Origin: an uncultured Lachnospira sp.
Lineage (GTDB): Bacteria; Bacillota; Clostridia; Lachnospirales; Lachnospiraceae
Length of the DNA stretch: 64,000 nt
Direction: 5' to 3'
NCBI GenBank assembly: GCA_910589305.1
Contig: CAJUTV010000004.1
Span: forward strand, 136,299-200,298
Below the pieces are notes generated by a model that did no database searches, was not told the origin of the DNA, and saw only the letters and a list, made by a program, of their open reading frames with translations. The position numbers and the translations under genes are program-made. Position 1 is the stretch's first letter. Each line of letters opens with the position of its first letter. Shown here in pieces: positions 41,541 to 51,480 of the stretch.

Positions 41541-42623
41541 ATGGATATGTTTGATAAATTGGAAGATATAGTAAATAGATATGAGGATATCACAGCAGAA
41601 CTAAGCAATCCTGATGTAGTGAATGACCAAAATAAATTTAAAATGCTTATGAAAGAGCAAAATAATATTGTTCCTATTGTTACAGCATTTACGGAATATA
41701 AAAGCTGTAAGCAAAATATTGAAGATAGTTTAACAATGTTATCAGAAGAAAGCGATGCTGAACTTTTAGAGTTGGCAAAGGAAGAATTAAATGATTCCAA
41801 GAAAAAAATGGAAACGCTGGAAAATGAGTTGAAAATTTTATTGCTGCCGAAAGACCCCAATGATGACAAAGATATTATTGTGGAGATTCGAGCAGGTGCA
41901 GGCGGTGATGAGGCTGCCTTATTTGCAGCGGAGCTGTTTCGTATGTATACACATTATGCAGAGTCAAAACGATGGAAGATTGAAGTTGTCAATGCAGATG
42001 AAACAGGCATTGGCGGAATGAAAGAAATCGAATTTATGGTAAAAGGTCAAGGTGCATATTCTGTGATGAAGTATGAGAGTGGCGTTCATAGAGTACAGCG
42101 AGTGCCAGAGACAGAGTCAGGGGGAAGAATCCACACTTCAACAGCGTCAGTAGCCGTTATGCCAGAGGCGGAAGATGTAGATATTCAAATTAATGATAAA
42201 GATATACGAATTGACGTTATGCGTGCTTCCGGCAATGGTGGACAATGTGTCAATACAACGGATTCAGCAGTTCGTCTTACTCATTATCCGACAGGTATTG
42301 TGATTTATTCACAGACAGAAAAGTCGCAGATTCAAAATAAAGAAAAAGCATTTGCACTGCTGCGCGCTAAATTATATGACATGGAAATGCAAAAAGCCCA
42401 TGATGCAGAAGCTGATGCAAGAAAAAGTCAAATTGGTACAGGAGACCGTTCTGAAAAGATTAGAACATATAATTTTCCACAAGGTCGTGTGACCGACCAT
42501 AGAATTGGATTGACTTTATATAAGCTTGATAAAATTATGGGCGGAGATATTCAGGAGATTATTGATGCATGTATCGCCGCCGACCAAGCGGCAAAGTTAA
42601 GCAGTATGAATGAAGAGGCTTAA
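41541..42623 (+). CDS. prfA: Peptide chain release factor 1
   Basis: PET (PxT) motif, [15 protein letters not shown]. Confidence 0.97.
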   Translation: MDMFDKLEDIVNRYEDITAELSNPDVVNDQNKFKMLMKEQNNIVPIVTAFTEYKSCKQNIEDSLTMLSEESDAELLELAKEELNDSKKKMETLENELKILLLPKDPNDDKDIIVEIRAGAGGDEAALFAAELFRMYTHYAESKRWKIEVVNADETGIGGMKEIEFMVKGQGAYSVMKYESGVHRVQRVPETESGGRIHTSTASVAVMPEAEDVDIQINDKDIRIDVMRASGNGGQCVNTTDSAVRLTHYPTGIVIYSQTEKSQIQNKEKAFALLRAKLYDMEMQKAHDAEADARKSQIGTGDRSEKIRTYNFPQGRVTDHRIGLTLYKLDKIMGGDIQEIIDACIAADQAAKLSSMNEEA

Positions 42624-42684
42624 AAGGCTTGATTTTATTGGATTTGTTTAAGGATAAAAGATTTTAAAAATAGAATAGTTGATG

Positions 42685-42723
42685 AAAAAATCGGTCTGAT
42701 AAGTAAAAATCAGACCGATTTTT
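42685..42723. terminator. Intrinsic terminator after prfA
   Basis: aaaaaatcggtctgat...atcagaccgattttt. Confidence 0.85.
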
Positions 42724-42970
42724 AATTTTTAGGTTTTGATGTACAGGTTATCTTAAAAAAGACAATATTTTTTAGAGGATATTTTAGAAGTAAATGATTA
42801 TAAATAGGTTTTATCATTAAAGATGAGTTGATTTACTAAAAATAGAAGTTGTATAGTATCAAAACAAGAGGTATAATATAACTAAAGGTATTTTAAGGTA
42901 TCGTTTACAATAAATGAGGTACTAATTTCAAATTTAAGCTGTAGATGGAAAGGATGAAAGAGGTGTTTAT

Positions 42971-43210
42971 ATGTTAGCATTGCAAGGATATTATGATGGA
43001 AATGCAGTACAAACATTAGAGGAAATTCATGCAAAAAAGAATCAAAAGTTAATTATTACAATATTAGATGAATTTATAGATGATATAGATGAAGGCACAA
43101 AAAGTTTATCAGCAAGAGGTTCATTAGCACAATATGCAAATCCTGAGTTGCAAAAAAAAGAAGCATTTGCATGGGAGGAGGCAGTGAAAAACAATCATGA
43201 TAATACTTGA
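42971..43210 (+). CDS. Putative antitoxin of type II TA pair
   Basis: 79-aa ORF overlapping the downstream PIN gene; LQGYYDG..KLIITIL N-terminus. Confidence 0.65.
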   Translation: MLALQGYYDGNAVQTLEEIHAKKNQKLIITILDEFIDDIDEGTKSLSARGSLAQYANPELQKKEAFAWEEAVKNNHDNT

Positions 43211-43565
43211 TACAAATATGATTTTAAGATATCTGTTAAATGATAATAAAGAGATGGCAGATGAGGCAGAAAAAGTTATCAAACAAGGTAATGCAGGGGT
43301 GACAATAGAAATTATTGCAGAAGTGGTGTATGTTTTAAAAGGAGTTTATTCTATAGAGCGTGATTTAATAAAAACAAGTTTATTAAATTTTTTGTCAGAA
43401 ATACAGGCAGATGAAAAAGAGGTATTGAAGGTTGGCTTAGAAATTTATGGAAAACAAAATTTAGATTTTGTTGATTGTATTTTATATGCTTATAATAAAG
43501 TAAAAGGGTATGAGATAAAAACATTTGATAAGAAACTCAAAAAATGGTTAAAGTATGAAGGATAA
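43197..43565 (+). CDS. PIN domain (VapC-like) toxin
   Basis: ILDTNMILRYL, AEVVYVL, LDFVDCIL, TFDKKL. Confidence 0.9.
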   Translation: MIILDTNMILRYLLNDNKEMADEAEKVIKQGNAGVTIEIIAEVVYVLKGVYSIERDLIKTSLLNFLSEIQADEKEVLKVGLEIYGKQNLDFVDCILYAYNKVKGYEIKTFDKKLKKWLKYEG

Positions 43566-43719
43566 TGAAGTACTAATTTTTTATTATTTCTAAACCCCTC
43601 TACAACAGTGATAAAAATACAATCACAAATACCGCTATATTGATTTACCTAAAGATTTGTAGTATCATGTAAGAAGTTACTATCAGTGAAGTGAATGGCA
43701 CTTTAAGATGGAGGGCGAT

Positions 43720-44823
43720 ATGATTAAACGATATTTCGTAAGGACATCTTCATTAAAAGAAGGAATGCGTATTGACCAAAATATTAAAGACCGTATGGAT
43801 AGAGTTTTGATTGCAAAAGGGGTATATCTTGATGGATATCAGATAGATGCAATCAAGCGAATGAAAATAACTGGAGTTTATGTATCAGAAGGTGAGGAAG
43901 AGCCTGATAAAAATCCTGTGCAACGTGAGATTTCAGCAACAGCGCGCAATAATATTTCTAAATTACATACAGATGATTCTTCAAAAGTGAAACTTTCAGA
44001 AAGTATTAAGGCGCGTGTATCAGAAGGAATACAGTTTTTGTATAATGATACGGATTCTCCGCAATTTACTTCAACTTCAGTAAATATTACAAAAAGTCTG
44101 CTAAAGGCAATTGATGATAATTCGGCGATAGCGGTTGATATTAATGCACTTAAAACAAGTGATGAATATACGTTTAAACATAGTGTAGATGTTGCTACTA
44201 TGTCGATGATTGTTGCTAAAAAGATGAATATGAAAAAGCAGGATATTTATAATATTGGCATAGCGGGATTGTTGCATGATATGGGGAAGTCTAAAATTCC
44301 GCTTGAGATTTTAAATAAACCAGCTAAACTTGATGATAAAGAATTTGAAGTAATGAAACAACATTCTGTTTATGGTTATCGCATTTTGAGTGAAAAGGAT
44401 GATTTTGAATCATCGATTGCTATTGCTGTATTGCAGCATCATGAAAAGATGAATGGACGTGGATATCCATTAGGGGTTGATAGAAAAAATATAACATCCT
44501 ATGCAAAGATATTATCAGTAGTAGATGTATATGATGCTTTGGTGACAGAACGTCCATATAAAAAAGGCATGTCACAGCGCAATGCCATTGAAATTATTAT
44601 GTCGATGACAGAAGAGTTGGATATAGCTGCTATGCGTGGTTTTTTGGAGAGTGTTATTTTATATCCTGTTGATACGGTTGTTCAGCTTAGTAATGGCGAG
44701 GAAGCATGGGTTGTAGAAAATCATTCTGAATCAATATTAAGACCGACCGTTGTAGGATTAAAGAGCGGCAAAGTGTATGATTTGACAAATGATTTGGAAT
44801 GTGCAAGTATTCTTATTATGTAA
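43720..44823 (+). CDS. HD-GYP cyclic dinucleotide phosphodiesterase
   Basis: YTFKHS, LLHDMGK, HHEKMNGRGYP, DVYDALVTERPYK. Confidence 0.93.
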   Translation: MIKRYFVRTSSLKEGMRIDQNIKDRMDRVLIAKGVYLDGYQIDAIKRMKITGVYVSEGEEEPDKNPVQREISATARNNISKLHTDDSSKVKLSESIKARVSEGIQFLYNDTDSPQFTSTSVNITKSLLKAIDDNSAIAVDINALKTSDEYTFKHSVDVATMSMIVAKKMNMKKQDIYNIGIAGLLHDMGKSKIPLEILNKPAKLDDKEFEVMKQHSVYGYRILSEKDDFESSIAIAVLQHHEKMNGRGYPLGVDRKNITSYAKILSVVDVYDALVTERPYKKGMSQRNAIEIIMSMTEELDIAAMRGFLESVILYPVDTVVQLSNGEEAWVVENHSESILRPTVVGLKSGKVYDLTNDLECASILIM

Positions 44824-44961
44824 AAATATTTAAGTAACTAATAAAATACAATTTCTAAGAGTTATGATATTGCATAAAAAAATCAAGCATAAGACAAGTG
44901 TTAAAAAATATCCGTCACCAATATATTCATTTTGAAATATAATGGATATAGGAGGATTGAT

Positions 44962-45765
44962 ATGGATAATTTTATCTTGATGGCGTTTATTGCAACACTT
45001 GGAACATGGTTTATAACCGCTTTGGGAGCTGCAACAGTTGCTTTTTTTAAGTATCCCAATCCAAAGGCATTAAATCTTATGCTTGGATTTGCATCAGGGG
45101 TTATGATTGCGGCAAGTTTTTGGTCACTGCTTCAGCCTGCAATAGAGCGTGCAGAAAACTCATCTAATTTACCAGCATATTTTGTGGCAACAGCAGGTTT
45201 TTTATTTGGAGCCTTTTTTATGTGGTGTTCCGATAAAGTAGTCTCTTTTACAACAAGGAGGGCGAACAGTACACAAGGAAAACCCAATGAACGTCTAAAC
45301 CGAATTATTATGTTGGTACTTTCTATTACGCTTCATAATATACCAGAGGGTTTGGCTGTAGGAGTTGCATTTGGAGCACTGCACAACAGCACACATGAAT
45401 TAGAAGGTTTAATGAGTGCTATTACCATTGCCATAGGAATAGGTTTACAAAATTTTCCTGAAGGGGCAGCAGTGTCAATACCACTTAGGCGAGAAGGCTA
45501 TTCAAGGAAAAAAAGTTTCTTGCTTGGGCAGGCATCAGGGATGGTAGAGCCGGTTGCTGGCGTTATTGGTGCAGTATTAGTAGTCTATATAGAGGTGATT
45601 TTGCCATATGCGCTCTCCTTTGCGGCAGGTGCAATGATATTAGTGGCTGTCCATGAGCTGATTCCTGAATGTCAAAGCAATCAAAAAACACAGCCATATT
45701 GTGCAACGACAGGGATTGTTTTGGGATTTGCAGTTATGATGCTTTTAGATGTAATGCTTGGATAG
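44962..45765 (+). CDS. ZIP family (ZupT/GufA-like) metal transporter
   Basis: GFASGVM, TLHNIPEG, LQNFPEG, FAAGAM. Confidence 0.93.
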   Translation: MDNFILMAFIATLGTWFITALGAATVAFFKYPNPKALNLMLGFASGVMIAASFWSLLQPAIERAENSSNLPAYFVATAGFLFGAFFMWCSDKVVSFTTRRANSTQGKPNERLNRIIMLVLSITLHNIPEGLAVGVAFGALHNSTHELEGLMSAITIAIGIGLQNFPEGAAVSIPLRREGYSRKKSFLLGQASGMVEPVAGVIGAVLVVYIEVILPYALSFAAGAMILVAVHELIPECQSNQKTQPYCATTGIVLGFAVMMLLDVMLG

Positions 45766-45783
45766 TTTATTAAGAAAAATTTG

Positions 45784-45844
45784 TGAGGTTAGGGTGTCAA
45801 ACACCCGAGCAAGTAGCATAGGGGATTGCGAATATCCGCTTAAC
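45784..45844 (+). repeat. 3' half of TTAAC element
   Basis: tgaggttagggtgtcaaacacccgagcaagtagc..ggattgcgaatatccgcttaac. Confidence 0.8.
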
Positions 45845-45919
45845 AAAAAAAGAATATGATTAAGAGGGATTGTCACATTAAGGAAATCAAACATAAGATA
45901 TTGTAAAATATGATGTATT

Positions 45920-45956
45920 AGTCAAAGCGGGTTGTAAATATCTGCTTTGACTTTTT
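45920..45956 (+). terminator. Intrinsic terminator
   Basis: agtcaaagcgg...ctgctttgact-tttt. Confidence 0.6.
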
Positions 45957-46121
45957 GTATTATTTTTTTGATATAGCGGGCGTTCAAAGCTTTTTCTTTG
46001 ATAAGACTGTATAGCTGCCTTTTACAAGTAGAAAAGAATACATATTATGAAATATTTTTAGAAATAATTTACAGATTTTGGGTTATTGTTGTATAATAAT
46101 AAAATAAAAATGGGGGTTCGC

Positions 46122-46274
46122 ATGAAAAAAAGACACGATGAAAGTATAAAAGCAATAGTTGGAGTGGTTTTGCTTGTTTTATTTATAGTTAGCTTATGTA
46201 TAGTATATTATTTTATAAATAATGGTGGCAAAGAAATCATTGAGATTATAAGCAAGGAGCAAAGCAGATTGTAA
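46122..46274 (+). CDS. Small single-TM hypothetical protein
   Basis: MKKRHDESIK plus hydrophobic helix; GGGGG RBS. Confidence 0.45.
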   Translation: MKKRHDESIKAIVGVVLLVLFIVSLCIVYYFINNGGKEIIEIISKEQSRL

Positions 46275-46336
46275 ATTCTATTTGGTAAAAAGTGGTTAAA
46301 AAATATAGACTTGAGCCATAAACCATTTTTAAGAAT

Positions 46337-47869
46337 GTGTTACAGCATAAGGAGTTAAAATTAGTGAATATATTATTATTTATAATGTTGGCAATTTTTC
46401 CATTATTTTCGGTTAATCATTACTTTAATCTTACATTGGCTAAATATTGGTTTTATAGTGTTGTTGCACTTGCTATTTTTTTTATGGGTGTATATGGCTC
46501 CATTTGTAAGAGTATTGATAAGAATCATAAAATAGTAAAGCCTGATATTAAACTATGGTTCAGCAAAATGTCAAAGCTTGATAGTTTTGTTTTTCTTTAT
46601 GTGATATCTGCAGTTGTTTCATTTTTGTTATCCGACTGGAAATTGCCATCGTTTACTGGAAGCTGTGGTTCTTATACAGGACTGCTTTTTATTTTTATAA
46701 CAGCAGGAATGTACTATGCCATTACAAGACATGCAAAACTTACGAATTGGATAAAATATTGTTTTCCAGTATTATTAATTATAACTGGATTAATGGCGAT
46801 GCTGCAGGTTTGCGGTTTTAATGTTCTTCATTTTTCAGATGGAATAGCAGATAGTCAAAGACAAATTTTTATAAGTACATTGGGAAATATCAATGTATTT
46901 GGTATGTTTGTGTGTATTTATATGCCTATATGTATCTATATGTTTTGTAAATCCCATGAAAAATATAGTGTATTGTATGGTGTAGGCACATTTTTTGGTT
47001 TTATTGGGCTTCTTGCTTCTAACAGTGATGGCTGTTATCTTGGCATAGGGGCATGTATGACAGTCATGTTGATTCTTGTATTATCGGATACAAAGGCACT
47101 TTTTAAATATGGCATATCCGTTGCATTATGGGCGGTTTCATTGTTTTTATGGAATCTTATAAAAGTACTGTTTAAAGAAAAAATGTGGAGTCAAAATGCG
47201 ACCAACACATTTTTTATGTCATTTCATGTGATATTGACAATTTCTATAGCCGCAATTGTTATTATTGTATTTTCGCTGTTTTTACAAAAGCAATCTAAAA
47301 TTCCCCCTAAAATATTAAAAAAGCTTGTGACAGCGGCAGCAGGAGTTTTGGTGATAAGTACTGTTTTGTTATGTATATGGGCAACATGGATTGAACCGAC
47401 AAAAGAATTAAGTGGCTTTTTTCAATATTTTCGCTTGGATTATTCATGGGGAAGCAATCGCGGCTATGCGTGGCATTGGGCAATATTAATGTTTATAAAT
47501 GGTTCTTTAAAGATAAAATTATTTGGTGCAGGACCAGATACAGCATATCTAATGTATATCAGCAATTATAAAAATGAGATGGACGCCAATTTGCCCTATT
47601 ATTTTAAAAGTCCGCATAATGAATATTTGAATTATCTTATAACGGTAGGACTTGTTGGTTTGTTTGCATATATGGCTATCGTTATCACTGCTGTTAAAAA
47701 AAGTTTTTCAAGAATAAAAGAAGATGAATTTTTTGGTGCGATAGCGCTAGGAATACTGATATATAGTATTGCAAGTTTTGTAAATATCAGCCAGATAATA
47801 ACGATGCCATATATTTTTATATTGATATCGCTTGCAGGCATAAAGCCTGCAAAACAAAATAATAAATAG
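46337..47869 (+). CDS. O-antigen ligase-like (Wzy_C) membrane protein
   Basis: Multiple TM helices, STLGNIN, GSNRGYAW, FGAGP, PHNEYL. Confidence 0.8.
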   Translation: MLQHKELKLVNILLFIMLAIFPLFSVNHYFNLTLAKYWFYSVVALAIFFMGVYGSICKSIDKNHKIVKPDIKLWFSKMSKLDSFVFLYVISAVVSFLLSDWKLPSFTGSCGSYTGLLFIFITAGMYYAITRHAKLTNWIKYCFPVLLIITGLMAMLQVCGFNVLHFSDGIADSQRQIFISTLGNINVFGMFVCIYMPICIYMFCKSHEKYSVLYGVGTFFGFIGLLASNSDGCYLGIGACMTVMLILVLSDTKALFKYGISVALWAVSLFLWNLIKVLFKEKMWSQNATNTFFMSFHVILTISIAAIVIIVFSLFLQKQSKIPPKILKKLVTAAAGVLVISTVLLCIWATWIEPTKELSGFFQYFRLDYSWGSNRGYAWHWAILMFINGSLKIKLFGAGPDTAYLMYISNYKNEMDANLPYYFKSPHNEYLNYLITVGLVGLFAYMAIVITAVKKSFSRIKEDEFFGAIALGILIYSIASFVNISQIITMPYIFILISLAGIKPAKQNNK

Positions 47870-47880
47870 TTCTATTTAAT

Positions 47881-48912
47881 TTAGTCTATATTGCTTAAAG
47901 CAAGCCATAGAAAACAGTATAAAGCAATTACAGCAGTGTCATATACAGGTATAATATTAGCTTTTGTATAATTTTTTACAGTTTCATAGCAACTTTCCCC
48001 GCTAGTTAGTCCTGTAAGAAGAATTGGAATATTAGAATCGTTTGCTTTTTGGGCAAATTCATAAAAAGCATCATGGATAAAAAATGTTCCAGAATGGTAA
48101 GTTTCTAGTATAATCACTTTTGTATTTTTAGTGATAGCAGGAAAAGTTAGTCCAGGAAAAGGCTGTATCCGCATAATATAAGAGGAACAGCAATCCAACT
48201 GAATATGGAGATAGTCCTTATTGGCAATACATAGAGGCAGTTTTAATATATCATTGGAAATACATTCAATGCTTTTTAAAATAGAAAGTTTGGAATTAAA
48301 ATCTATATTGGGCATATAGGCTTCTTTTTTGTCAACAGTATAAGTGCCAATATAATTGTCTAGTATACTTTTTACATCTCCAGAATAAGGGATTGGAGGC
48401 TGAAGCATATCTGCACAGTGTATGGTTGGCAGTCCTCCCTTATTTTCATAGCTTACAAAAACATGGTGTGTGCCATATAATGTATTATTTTGATGATAAG
48501 TTTCAATAAAGCGAATAGCATAATGGTAGTTGACAATGCCATTTGCACGGGTGTCGGAAAGAATATAGTCGCTTGAAACAAGAATGATAGGAATATTAAT
48601 GTCATGGAATATAATACTTAACATGGCAGCACTATATTGCAATGTATCGGTGCCGTGCATAATAATAATCCCATCAAAACCGTCTTCAAGTTTTAAAGAA
48701 ACCGTCTTTACCAGTTTTAAAATATGAGCGGCATCGAGATTTTCGCTTAATATTGTGTAAGGATTGCAATTTTCCATATCATAAGTACAAAGATATCGAT
48801 TTTTATAAGCATAAAGAAGCTGATAAGGAGTTTCTTTAGAAGTTGATATGTATCCATCATTGTCTAGTGTACTCCCAATTGTTCCACCAGTAAAAATATT
48901 GCAAATACGCAT
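47881..48912 (-). CDS. L-asparaginase domain protein
   Basis: FTGGTIGS, SEN, HGTDTL. Confidence 0.85.
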   Translation of the reverse strand: MRICNIFTGGTIGSTLDNDGYISTSKETPYQLLYAYKNRYLCTYDMENCNPYTILSENLDAAHILKLVKTVSLKLEDGFDGIIIMHGTDTLQYSAAMLSIIFHDINIPIILVSSDYILSDTRANGIVNYHYAIRFIETYHQNNTLYGTHHVFVSYENKGGLPTIHCADMLQPPIPYSGDVKSILDNYIGTYTVDKKEAYMPNIDFNSKLSILKSIECISNDILKLPLCIANKDYLHIQLDCCSSYIMRIQPFPGLTFPAITKNTKVIILETYHSGTFFIHDAFYEFAQKANDSNIPILLTGLTSGESCYETVKNYTKANIIPVYDTAVIALYCFLWLALSNID

Positions 48913-49215
48913 GATAATCTCCATTTCTGCGTTGCTTTCTACAAAAAATATTAATTGAAAAGGTTGTATTTTGTATAACTTTGTGTGAAGCAACGCACGA
49001 ACACAAAGTGTTATTAGTAGTATGCCTCAAAACCAATATTTTAACAAGAGTTTTTAGATGGTTTGTAAAATGCAGCATTTTAGCTGATAAAATGGCATTG
49101 TAAAACATGACACAACGTTTGTGAATGTTTCATAAAATAGTTGAAAAAATCATACAAACAGTATATTCTATTATTATATATTATAAAAATTTTGACAGAG
49201 AGGAAACAGTCAAGT

Positions 49216-50709
49216 ATGAGCAATTTGTGGGTTATAGGAGATTCTACTGTCAGCAAATTTGATGATAACTATTATTATCCTCGATTTGGTTATGGTACAA
49301 AATTACAAGAGTACTTAGACGATAAAATCAATGTAATCAATCTTGCATTGTCTGGCAGAAGCAGTTTAAGTTATGTAAAAGAGCCACAGTATCAACAGCT
49401 TTTAGATGGGATGCAAGCAGGAGATTATCTTTTGATAGGGTTTGGACATAATGATGAAAAAGCTGAGGAGGACAGGCATACTTCTGGTTGTGGTTCCTAT
49501 AAAGAAGAGGGAAGTTTTGCCCATTCTCTATATAGCCATTATATAGTAAAAGCAGAAAAAGTGGGGTGTCAGGTTCTATTATGTACGCCGATTGTGCGAA
49601 GGACAGACGATGGCATTTGGAAAGATGAGCAGCTTCATATAACAAAATCACAAATAAAATTTAAGGGCGGCAATTATCCTGAAGCGGTTAAGTTACTAGG
49701 AAGAGAATTAAATATTCCTGTTATAGATATGACACAGATGACAAAAGAATTGTACGATGCTATGGGAAGTGAAGAGACACGTTATTTACATGCGTGGCTT
49801 TCTAACAAAAAAGCAAGTGTAGATAATACGCATATTAATACATGGGGTGCAAGAGTAATTGCCTATATGTGTTTAAAGCGTTTAAAGGAATTACATATCA
49901 ATGGATTGTCAGAACATATTATTAATTTGGAAAAAGATGCACCTTTGCCAGTAAAAGAAAAATATTTAACGTCAAATAGTCGATATATACCAGTTGTATA
50001 CAATAATAATCTAAAAAAGAGTGTATTGTGGAAATCTGCAGGCATATGGAATGGGACGGTGTTTGGCGATATACCATCTAATTGGTGTAAGGAAGATTTT
50101 ATATTAGAACCTATAAAAGGAAAGATTACTTGTAACGAAGTTATTGATGAAGGTAAACAAAGTTTTGAGTTAAGGGCAGCAGACCCAAAGATTCATATTG
50201 CTGTTAAGAATAATAGCGGTAAGATTTCAGAGGTTACGGACGGGATTGCTATGTATTACACAAAAGTGCCTGCTATGTGCAATTTTAAATTGACAGCAAC
50301 CGTTACAGTAAATGACTATTTTAGGAATAATCAGGTTTCTTTTGGTTTGATGGCAAGAGATGAGATGTATATTGATATGCAGATTGGTGAGTTGCTAGGC
50401 GATTATGTTGCAGCTGCACCGCTTTGGCTCACTAGAGAGTTTCCAATAAATTGCTTTGCAAGAAGGAGCGGAAAGCTGATACATGGCGGTGAATGTAAAC
50501 ATGTGTTAAAGCCAAAGACTCCAATCAAACTTTGTATTGAGTCAACAAATGATGGATATGCTTGTACATTTGGAGAGGAAGAGACCGTCACAGGAGGTTT
50601 TGATTTTAAGCTGACAAGTATTGACTCTGAATATATATATGTTGGTATGTTTGCTGCTAGAAATGCAGATGTTGTATTTTCGGATATTCATTTAGATGTT
50701 TATAAATAA
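49216..50709 (+). CDS. SGNH/GDSL hydrolase (rhamnogalacturonan acetylesterase-like) with C-terminal beta-sandwich domain
   Basis: IGDST, NLALSGRSS, GFGHND, DNTH. Confidence 0.82.
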   Translation: MSNLWVIGDSTVSKFDDNYYYPRFGYGTKLQEYLDDKINVINLALSGRSSLSYVKEPQYQQLLDGMQAGDYLLIGFGHNDEKAEEDRHTSGCGSYKEEGSFAHSLYSHYIVKAEKVGCQVLLCTPIVRRTDDGIWKDEQLHITKSQIKFKGGNYPEAVKLLGRELNIPVIDMTQMTKELYDAMGSEETRYLHAWLSNKKASVDNTHINTWGARVIAYMCLKRLKELHINGLSEHIINLEKDAPLPVKEKYLTSNSRYIPVVYNNNLKKSVLWKSAGIWNGTVFGDIPSNWCKEDFILEPIKGKITCNEVIDEGKQSFELRAADPKIHIAVKNNSGKISEVTDGIAMYYTKVPAMCNFKLTATVTVNDYFRNNQVSFGLMARDEMYIDMQIGELLGDYVAAAPLWLTREFPINCFARRSGKLIHGGECKHVLKPKTPIKLCIESTNDGYACTFGEEETVTGGFDFKLTSIDSEYIYVGMFAARNADVVFSDIHLDVYK

Positions 50710-50876
50710 CTGTAAAAGAATAAATTTTGTAGTATCTGATTTAAAATAAAAAAATCTGTGTTGTCTTTTCAATGTATCTTAGAATGGGGATTACTTCTAA
50801 AAATCGCCTTTGCAACTCCTTTAGCAGTTTTTCTATTGTACAATTCCTATGCTATGTTTTGGAACGGAGGATTATT

Positions 50877-51440
50877 ATGAAAATAAAAGAAATGGTTTTA
50901 AAAAATAGGTCTTACAGAAGATTTTTTCAGGAAAAAAAGATAACGACAGACCAGTTAAAAAATTTGATTGAAGTGGCACGATTAACGCCGTCAGCTGCCA
51001 ATAGACAGCCATATAAGTTTAAGTTGATAAGTGATGAAACAATGAATGAAAAAATATATTCATGTGTAAAGTGGGCTGGTTATTTAAAGGATTGGGACGG
51101 ACCGCAAGAAGGAGAACGACCAACAGCATATATTGTTATGGCAGCACCTAATGCAGTGAGTGCCGAGTGCGATGCGGGGATACTTGGACAAACCATTCTT
51201 CTTGCTGCTGTAGAGATGGGGCTTGGCGGCTGTTTTATGGGCAGTATTGACAGAGAAAAAATAGCTCAATTCATTGGACTTTCATCGGAATATAAGGTTG
51301 TCTATGTGCTGGCTTTGGGCTATCCAAAAGAACAGATTGTAATTGATGATATATCAGCAGATGGAGACATAAAATATTACAGAGATGAAAATGAAGTACA
51401 TCATGTACCTAAAAAAGTGCTTGAGGATATTCTTTTGTAA
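50877..51440 (+). CDS. Nitroreductase family protein
   Basis: NRSYRRF, PSAANRQP, AVEMGLGGC, LALGYP. Confidence 0.92.
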   Translation: MKIKEMVLKNRSYRRFFQEKKITTDQLKNLIEVARLTPSAANRQPYKFKLISDETMNEKIYSCVKWAGYLKDWDGPQEGERPTAYIVMAAPNAVSAECDAGILGQTILLAAVEMGLGGCFMGSIDREKIAQFIGLSSEYKVVYVLALGYPKEQIVIDDISADGDIKYYRDENEVHHVPKKVLEDILL

Positions 51441-51480
51441 AATACAGTGGAGATTGTCGAATCATAAATAGGAGGTGCCT

